Made by a program: the position numbers and the translations under genes
In this document: piece by piece, positions 25,735 to 32,000 of the stretch
Layout of the letters: each line of letters starts with the position of its first letter
Position numbering within the stretch: the stretch's first letter is position 1
Assembly (NCBI GenBank): GCA_942492995.1
Contig: OW818653.1
Coordinates: forward strand, 960,001-992,000
DNA: 32,000 bases
Direction: 5' to 3'
Source of the DNA: an uncultured Erysipelotrichaceae bacterium
GTDB lineage: Bacteria; Bacillota_I; Bacilli_A; Erysipelotrichales; Erysipelotrichaceae
Notes under the pieces: generated by a model
Told to the model about the DNA's origin: nothing
Seen by the model: the letters and a program-made list of their open reading frames with translations, nothing else
Databases searched by the model: none

Positions 25735-28236
25735 CTACAATTCTGGGTATTTATTTAGAATATCGATAAATATATCAGTGATTCTAGGATCAAATTGTAT
25801 TGCTCGATACTTTAATATTTCATCAATGGCTTGATTACGAGACATTGCTTTACGATAAACTCTGTCCTGAGTCATCGCATCATATGAATCGACTAATCCT
25901 AAAATGCGTGATAATAGTGGAATCTCTTCATGTTTTAATCCTTGTGGATAACCATTTCCATCCCAATGTTCATGGTGAGAAAGAATATAGTTCGCAATTG
26001 AATGAAGCTCAGGAGAAGATAAGGCGATACGATATCCTATTTCTGTATGTTTCTTCATCACAATCCATTCTTCTTCTGTTAGCTTATCGGGTTTATTTAA
26101 GATACGATCATCGATTCCAATCTTGCCAATATCATGTAACATCGCAAATAAAAGTAGCTCATCCATCTGACTTTGGGTTAATCCTAATTCTTGACCAATG
26201 TATTTACATAATGTCGCAAGACGTTCCGCATGTTCCTCTGTATTTTGACTCTTCGCAAACATCGTTGCTTGTATCGAAGATAATATGGAGCTATGATAAC
26301 TCTTACTTTCAAGAATTTTATTTTTATGTAAACTATCCATTGCCTCACGAATTGTCTTTTCAATTGATTGCGAAAAATCTGATCGTGTTGAACTACCCAT
26401 CGAAAGATTTAATTGAATACCTTGGTTCTCAAATGGTTTATTGTATACTTCACAATTATGTTGAATATGCCGCATAAACTCACTGACTTTTCTCTCACTC
26501 GTATTGGGTAAAAGCACGGTGAATTCATCTCCGCCTGTCCTAAACAACATTGCGTTTGATCCACATGCATTCTGTAAGAGTTTAGCTGTGTCCGTTATTA
26601 ATCGATCACCTTCAGTATATCCATACGCATCATTAATTAGTCGAACTCCATTGATATCACCAATGAGAATGGATAATGGTAGATAAGACTCTTGATTATA
26701 TCGTATTTTTTCAATTTCAAAATACTTCCGGTTATATAGTCCTGTTAAGAAATCATGATCATCCATATAACGTATCTGTGCATCTCTTAGTTTTGTCTCA
26801 GTGATATCGATGATAATACCTTCTAACGCAATAACATTTCCATGATAGTCATACACGCCTTGACCAAGTTCTAATACCCATTTCTTCTCTTTATTAGCGG
26901 TAATAATTTGATATTCAGCTCTGAATTTTTCATGTTTTAGTAAAACATTTTCCCACTGACGATAAAGAATTTCATGATAGCTTGGTTCAATTAAATCCAC
27001 AAAGCTAATTTTCTTATTTTTTAATAAATCATCAGGATAATATCCTGTTAAGACGTAACAGCCAGCAGAAACATATTCCATTGTATAATGTTGATCAAAT
27101 TTACATCGATACGCTAAACCAGGTATATGTGATAAAAGAACATCTTTACTACGTTCACTTTCTTTAAGTGCTTGCGTTGTCTTGATGCGTTCACTAATAT
27201 CTTGTACTAAACATAAATAATTAAAGTTCTTATCTTGGTCTAGATTAAATGAACTTATACCAAGTCTTACCCAAAAATAGTTTCCATCTTTTGATTTAAG
27301 ACGTTTCTCAATTTCATACGAATCAATTTCACCTTCTTGAAACGCTTTGAATAATATCTCTTCCTTCTCTAAGTCAATCGGATGCGTCATAGCACGCCAA
27401 TCATTATTTACCATATCTTGGTTGGTTCGTTCGATTAAATCAATATACGCTTTATTTACACGCGATGTATGACTATCTGCAGAGATTGTTGCTATACCAA
27501 TTGGAGATTGATCAAATACAGCTTTAAATAAACTTTCACTTTCAACTAATTGATTACTTAGATTTCTTAATTCATGATTTTTCTTTAAGATCCAATTAAA
27601 CACAATGATTAATATAAATATACTAATCACGATATATAAATGATTAAGCGTCTGATATAGAATCTTTTGTCTAAACATATTCGCATCAAAATCTAAACCT
27701 AACACCGCAATAACTTCATTGTTATAATTGATTGGTACTAAAATACTAATCCATGTTCCCCATCGATCTGTAGTTTCATCTGTTAATATTGTTTGATTCA
27801 AATAAAACGCACTAAAATCATTTTCTGTAGCCTCATAATAATATTGACCAGGAAACGAATAATCTTCTGACGTAGGATCTTCTGAATCAACTAAAAAATA
27901 GATTTTCTGATCAATCATCGTCATTAAATAAGCAAATGTTATATTATTTTTAGCTTCTCTTAATTTTATTAAGTTTGATTTAAGAAATTGATAATTCGGT
28001 TTATTAACATCATTAATTCTTACATCTAGATTTGTTATATCTGTTGGATCTAAGAAGAGTTCTGCAGTTTCCGCAAATTTAAATATTTCTTCCTTTTCCA
28101 ATCTAAAATAGTTTTGATAAACACGATTCAAATAGAAAAGACTTCCTATAATGTAAATAACTATGATGAAGCGAAAAATAATTGAAGTTGGTAACTTTTT
28201 ATAAAAGTTATTTAGCGAAATAAGTGTTTTTTGCAT
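25735..28236 (-). CDS. Membrane sensor: TM-extracytoplasmic (Cache-like) domain-TM-PAS-PAS-GGDEF-HD-GYP protein
   Basis: 833 aa. Two TM helices flank a sensor domain of about 160 aa (WGTWISILVPI...VIAVLGLDFD). Two PAS domains follow. The GGDEF motif is intact (FRTGGDEF) with no RxxD I-site. The HD-GYP domain is intact (EEHAERL, LHDIGKIG, KKHTEIG, SHHEHWDGNGYP, VDSYDAMT). Confidence 0.9.
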   Translation of the reverse strand: MQKTLISLNNFYKKLPTSIIFRFIIVIYIIGSLFYLNRVYQNYFRLEKEEIFKFAETAELFLDPTDITNLDVRINDVNKPNYQFLKSNLIKLREAKNNITFAYLMTMIDQKIYFLVDSEDPTSEDYSFPGQYYYEATENDFSAFYLNQTILTDETTDRWGTWISILVPINYNNEVIAVLGLDFDANMFRQKILYQTLNHLYIVISIFILIIVFNWILKKNHELRNLSNQLVESESLFKAVFDQSPIGIATISADSHTSRVNKAYIDLIERTNQDMVNNDWRAMTHPIDLEKEEILFKAFQEGEIDSYEIEKRLKSKDGNYFWVRLGISSFNLDQDKNFNYLCLVQDISERIKTTQALKESERSKDVLLSHIPGLAYRCKFDQHYTMEYVSAGCYVLTGYYPDDLLKNKKISFVDLIEPSYHEILYRQWENVLLKHEKFRAEYQIITANKEKKWVLELGQGVYDYHGNVIALEGIIIDITETKLRDAQIRYMDDHDFLTGLYNRKYFEIEKIRYNQESYLPLSILIGDINGVRLINDAYGYTEGDRLITDTAKLLQNACGSNAMLFRTGGDEFTVLLPNTSERKVSEFMRHIQHNCEVYNKPFENQGIQLNLSMGSSTRSDFSQSIEKTIREAMDSLHKNKILESKSYHSSILSSIQATMFAKSQNTEEHAERLATLCKYIGQELGLTQSQMDELLLFAMLHDIGKIGIDDRILNKPDKLTEEEWIVMKKHTEIGYRIALSSPELHSIANYILSHHEHWDGNGYPQGLKHEEIPLLSRILGLVDSYDAMTQDRVYRKAMSRNQAIDEILKYRAIQFDPRITDIFIDILNKYPEL

Positions 28237-28271
28237 AGATAATTCAATCCTAACACCTATTATATCGTAAA

Positions 28272-30782
28272 TTATTCATAACTCTTAATCATTTCACAGA
28301 ATTGATCACACAACTTTGGCTCTAATTCGATTGATTTTTGGGTTTGAAGTTCCTTGATCGCATCTTCAACGGATAATCCAACATTGAAGCGAAGTTTATC
28401 ATAATTATTCACGATATGAATCATCATCGATTCCATAGGAATATCATTTCCACGAATTCCTCTTGGGTATCCTGACCCATCAAAGTTTTCGTGATATGCC
28501 AAAATAATATTCGCAATTTCAATGTATTCTGTTATGTATCGTAGGATTTGATAACTCAATTCAGGTTGTCTTTTTAATAAATAAGCGTACTTAACACGGT
28601 CTGTCTGAAACAACTTAACGTGCTCTACATCGATGCCAATCTTACCGATATCATGATACATTGCGGCTAATTTTAGTTCATCAATTGTTTCTTTTTTGAG
28701 TTTTAAATAATGTCCAAATTGCGTAACAAATTCATTCATTGATTTTAAATGACGTCTTAAATCAGGATCTAAACGATATAGGCGTTTCATAATAATCCCA
28801 AGTAATTGACGTTTATGTATCTCACTTTCAATCAGTTTGTTTTGGTACATGTATTGATCAGCTTGATTAATAATATCTTTTATTTGATTATCGACAGTGT
28901 GTTTAATCCCATAGCCTAGAGATACCGAAAGAAGATGTTTATTCTCTTTTTCTTTAAGAATTATCTCTTGTACACGATTGATTATTTGGATACAATCAAA
29001 TTCATTGGTTTTAGGTAAAAGTATTAGGAATTCATCTCCACCGAGTCTTACAATAATTTCATCTTCACGACACGCTTGTTTAAGTGTTTTTGCGGCTTGT
29101 TTAATTAACTCATCCCCTGCATTATGTCCAAATACATCATTTGTCATTTTTAAACCATTTATATCAATGGTAATTACAGCGATCGGATGATTTCTTAATG
29201 TATCAAGTCGTTCAACTTCCATTTCAAAATAACGACGATTGTATAACCCTGTTAATTGATCATGATAACTTAAATAGCGAATTTCATCATCATTGATTTT
29301 ACGTTCAGTAACATCGCGACTAATCCCAATTACTTCAATTTCATTTTTAACATTGAAACGATAACGTGTTGATATTTCGATCCATTTTATCGAACCATCT
29401 TTATGTAGCTGTTGGATGGTCATCATATTATTACTGTCGTTGCTTGGATCCATAATGAAAATACCAAGTGTGCGTTCGATTTCTTTTTGAACCAATGCCC
29501 ATGATTCCTTTGTCATCGATTCTTCAACTGATTGCGCCATCGCTTCTTCAGGCGTAAATCCACGTAAATTATAGATAGCTGGACTGATATACGTAAAATT
29601 CAATTTCTCTAAGTTTAATATCCATATGACATCCGATGTATTCTCAGTAATAAATCGATATTTTTCTTCACTTTGTTTGAGGGCTAATTGTACATTATGT
29701 TTTTCTGTAATATCTGTATCTGAACCGCGATAACCACGATAATTACCTTTATTATCAAACATAGGAAAACTATAGCTCAAGAGCCATAATTTCTCACCGT
29801 CTTTAGTTAGATATGGGCTCTCAAAATCTGACACAATAACATGTCTATTCATTTGTTCGAGTACTTTTTCTTTGAATTCTAATCTAAATTCTTCTGGATA
29901 GTTTTTATAGAAATAGGTGCCAATCATTTCTTCTGGATCATATCCAAACACATTCTTTGACATTGGATTGATATAGGTATACATACCATCTTTATCAACT
30001 TCCCAAATTACTGTTCTACTTTGACTTGAGATTTGGGTTAATCGTTCATTTGTTTCAATGAGTTGATTTTCTATTGATTTCTGAGTCGTTATTTCATGTG
30101 TTGAGATAACATATCGATATTCTTGATCAAATTTAACGTAGAAAACAGATGATTGAAACCATCTTTGTTCATATTCACCTTCTAATTGATAATCGATAAC
30201 AGCCCCTAATTCTGATTGTTTAGATTTATTAAACGCAACATAGAACTGTTCAGTCACTTTTTCATTAAAGACATCACTTACATGTTTATTTATAAAATTG
30301 TTTTTATCGATAAACTGTTCATAATTCGTATATAGATTCGTAAAAATATAATCTTCATTTAATTCGAGTATGGCATCATTCGTCGTTTTTAATAAGATCG
30401 ATTTTTCTACCGATTCAATTACTTCTTTTGTGATATCAGTCATAAACATCGCAATTTTATATTTGTCAGGTGAATATAAATCGATTTTTAAATGTTTGTT
30501 TATTATCTTTGAATATAGTTTAAAACTACGATGTGATTGGTTTTTTAACACATCCTTAAAATTCTCTGCCCAATTAACATCAGATTCATCACTTGTAAAT
30601 AATTCAGATCGTTTTTTACCAATGATTTCTACATTATCTAATCCAAGAATTGATTTAAACGATTGATTAACGTCGACATACAAAAAATCGACAACATTTT
30701 GGTTATTATCTAGAACTGCCTCACAAAAGGCATATCCTACAGGGACTAATTCCAACATTCTTTGATAGAAGCTGGGTTTCAT
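28272..30782 (-). CDS. Cytoplasmic 4xPAS-GGDEF-(variant) HD-GYP protein
   Basis: 836 aa with no TM segment. Four PAS-like modules are present. The GGDEF motif is intact (VRLGGDEF), with REDE at the I-site position. The HD-GYP domain keeps YHDIGKIG and DGSGYP, but other conserved positions are substituted (see findings). A strong Shine-Dalgarno sequence, GAAAGGAGG, precedes the start. Confidence 0.9.
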   Translation of the reverse strand: MKPSFYQRMLELVPVGYAFCEAVLDNNQNVVDFLYVDVNQSFKSILGLDNVEIIGKKRSELFTSDESDVNWAENFKDVLKNQSHRSFKLYSKIINKHLKIDLYSPDKYKIAMFMTDITKEVIESVEKSILLKTTNDAILELNEDYIFTNLYTNYEQFIDKNNFINKHVSDVFNEKVTEQFYVAFNKSKQSELGAVIDYQLEGEYEQRWFQSSVFYVKFDQEYRYVISTHEITTQKSIENQLIETNERLTQISSQSRTVIWEVDKDGMYTYINPMSKNVFGYDPEEMIGTYFYKNYPEEFRLEFKEKVLEQMNRHVIVSDFESPYLTKDGEKLWLLSYSFPMFDNKGNYRGYRGSDTDITEKHNVQLALKQSEEKYRFITENTSDVIWILNLEKLNFTYISPAIYNLRGFTPEEAMAQSVEESMTKESWALVQKEIERTLGIFIMDPSNDSNNMMTIQQLHKDGSIKWIEISTRYRFNVKNEIEVIGISRDVTERKINDDEIRYLSYHDQLTGLYNRRYFEMEVERLDTLRNHPIAVITIDINGLKMTNDVFGHNAGDELIKQAAKTLKQACREDEIIVRLGGDEFLILLPKTNEFDCIQIINRVQEIILKEKENKHLLSVSLGYGIKHTVDNQIKDIINQADQYMYQNKLIESEIHKRQLLGIIMKRLYRLDPDLRRHLKSMNEFVTQFGHYLKLKKETIDELKLAAMYHDIGKIGIDVEHVKLFQTDRVKYAYLLKRQPELSYQILRYITEYIEIANIILAYHENFDGSGYPRGIRGNDIPMESMMIHIVNNYDKLRFNVGLSVEDAIKELQTQKSIELEPKLCDQFCEMIKSYE

Positions 30783-30825
30783 AAGCCTCCTTTCAAAACA
30801 ATAATTAGTTTATTAATATATCTTC

Positions 30826-30831
30826 ATTATA
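30826..30831 (-). promoter_or_regulatory. Candidate -10 box (TATAAT) for the two-gene GGDEF-HD-GYP unit
   Basis: On the minus strand, TATAAT lies 44 nt upstream of the ATG at 30782, downstream of the EAL-gene terminator. No convincing -35 was seen. Confidence 0.35.
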
Positions 30832-30865
30832 GTGCAAAATACTACAATAGTATGAATTATTATTT

Positions 30866-30895
30866 CAATAAAAAAGCAAATACTTATATTTGCTT
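30866..30895 (-). terminator. Intrinsic terminator of the EAL gene
   Basis: On the minus strand, AAGCAAATA-taag-TATTTGCTT (9 bp) is followed by TTTTATT. It starts 7 nt after the stop at 30902. Confidence 0.75.
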
Positions 30896-30901
30896 AAAAA
30901 G

Positions 30902-32000
30902 TTAATTTTTTATATTTTTATGCAATATTTCAATCACATCATCTCTATCTAATGGATACGATAAGTAATAGCCTTGTCCATAATCACATTGATGTTTTAC
31001 TAAATAATCTAATTGATAACTATTTTCAATCCCTTCCGCGACACATTTAAGTTCATATTTATGCCCGATCGATATAATATCTTGGCTAATTAACTTCTCA
31101 TTTTGATTAATCCCAATACTCTTCACAAAGTATCGATCTATCTTAAGAATATCTAAGAATGCTTCTTTTAATCTGTAGAATGAAGAGAATCCCGTCCCAA
31201 AATCATCCATGGAGATTGATATACCTAATTCTCTTAGATGAAATAGTTTTCGGTTAATCGATTCATAATCTTGCATATAAACAGATTCTGTAATTTCGAG
31301 TTCTAGATGACTTGGATTGATTGAATGTTTCTTAATCATACGTTCAACCATTACCACAAACTCATCCTGCATAACTTGAATGCCTGAGATATTAACGGCG
31401 ATTTTAATTTGATCTAATCCTTCTGTTTCAAGTTGATGAATCATTAAACATGCTTCATTGAGTAAATATTCACCAAGCGGTACAATTAATTGTTTTTTCT
31501 CAGCGATATCAATAAATTCAAGAGGTGAAATTTGACCGTAATGTTTCGTATTAAGACGTGCTAAAGCTTCACATGCGACAATCTTCATTGTCTTGAGATC
31601 ATAAATTGGTTGGTACTGGAAATAAATACGATTGGTATCTCTGGCTTGAATCGAACTCTTAATCTCTAATTCGATTTGATCTTCACGATGAATCTTCTTA
31701 TCCATGTCCGCATCGTATAGTGCATAACTATGTTTTAAGTCCACATTATTCAACGCAATTGACGCATCTTTTAATATATCATCGACGTCTTGCTTGACTT
31801 TTTCTATTTCCACAATACCCATCTTAATTTGTAAATCTGGTTTGAAATCATTGTTCGAGAACATATCATCGATAATCTTCGCAACTGGAATTACTTGGTT
31901 CATACTCGACACATCTTCTACTAATACGATAAAGCGATCCGCATTAAACTTAAATACTTTACAGTTATTCTTTTCAAGAACTTCAAGACTACTCGCCATT
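30902..32000 (-). CDS. Degenerate-GGDEF / EAL-domain c-di-GMP phosphodiesterase; 5' end lies outside the window
   Basis: The EAL domain has all motifs I can check: ACEALARL, AVNISG, ELEITES, DDFGTGFSS, KIDRYF, EGIEN and QGYYLSYP. The preceding GGDEF-domain tail reads FKFNADRFIVL where RxGGDEFxxL is expected. The frame is open to the window end, so the Met at 31999 is probably internal. Confidence 0.9.
   Translation of the reverse strand, partial: MASSLEVLEKNNCKVFKFNADRFIVLVEDVSSMNQVIPVAKIIDDMFSNNDFKPDLQIKMGIVEIEKVKQDVDDILKDASIALNNVDLKHSYALYDADMDKKIHREDQIELEIKSSIQARDTNRIYFQYQPIYDLKTMKIVACEALARLNTKHYGQISPLEFIDIAEKKQLIVPLGEYLLNEACLMIHQLETEGLDQIKIAVNISGIQVMQDEFVVMVERMIKKHSINPSHLELEITESVYMQDYESINRKLFHLRELGISISMDDFGTGFSSFYRLKEAFLDILKIDRYFVKSIGINQNEKLISQDIISIGHKYELKCVAEGIENSYQLDYLVKHQCDYGQGYYLSYPLDRDDVIEILHKNIKN

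Noticed and set aside
25800-26477. 225-aa plus-strand ORF.
   Set aside because: It is entirely antisense to the well-supported HD-GYP/GGDEF region of the 833-aa gene. It has no ribosome-binding site and a low-complexity, Leu/Ser/His-rich translation typical of antisense frames in AT-rich DNA.
26504-30666. Short plus-strand ORFs at 26504-26686, 28978-29190 and 30370-30666.
   Set aside because: All are antisense within the two long GGDEF-HD-GYP genes and show no independent coding signal.
25584-30901. Possible c-di-GMP riboswitch (GEMM-I/II) near the c-di-GMP genes.
   Set aside because: The intergenic regions are short and AT-rich. They lack the GC-rich paired helices and conserved GGCAAACC / ACGCA-type elements.
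1-32000. Mobile elements, CRISPR arrays, defence or toxin-antitoxin systems, and an alternative genetic code (UGA as Trp).
   Set aside because: I saw no transposase, integrase or recombinase ORFs, no direct-repeat arrays and no long terminal inverted repeats. All large ORFs are explained by recognisable families. TGA terminates mgtA cleanly, so the standard code applies.

Overview
AT-rich, very gene-dense chromosomal segment with Bacillota (Firmicutes)-type organisation and the standard genetic code (TGA is used as a stop, e.g. at the end of mgtA). I support 33 protein-coding genes. I saw no rRNA, tRNA, CRISPR array, transposase or integrase. Most of the window is core housekeeping: rdgB (partial), a class I fructose-bisphosphate aldolase, mgtA, the infC-rpmI-rplT operon with its leader attenuator, proS, a cysteine desulfurase, hflX, murB, a tcdA-like gene, queT and zupT. 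These are interleaved with two radical SAM genes, a LicA/ThiK-like kinase, thiol-redox genes, a VanY-type peptidase and several hydrolases and oxidoreductases. The 3' quarter (25.7-32 kb) is a tandem array of three c-di-GMP signalling genes. Two are paralogous PAS-GGDEF-HD-GYP hybrids, one of which has a partly degenerate HD-GYP metal site. The third is a degenerate-GGDEF/EAL gene that runs off the window. Other points worth a second look: an eight-gene minus-strand run with gaps of 7 nt or less (tcdA to a DsbD-like membrane gene) that ends in a cysteine desulfurase / thioredoxin / exported-thioredoxin-fold membrane module; an 11-bp perfect inverted repeat that appears to encode two mirror-image promoters for leaderless divergent genes; a non-AUG infC start; three convergent gene pairs sharing a TTAA stop/stop overlap; and a zupT-DUF1801-nitroreductase-PIG-L run. 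I found no clear defence system, toxin-antitoxin pair or mobile element. All functional calls rest on motif recognition by eye, not on database searches.
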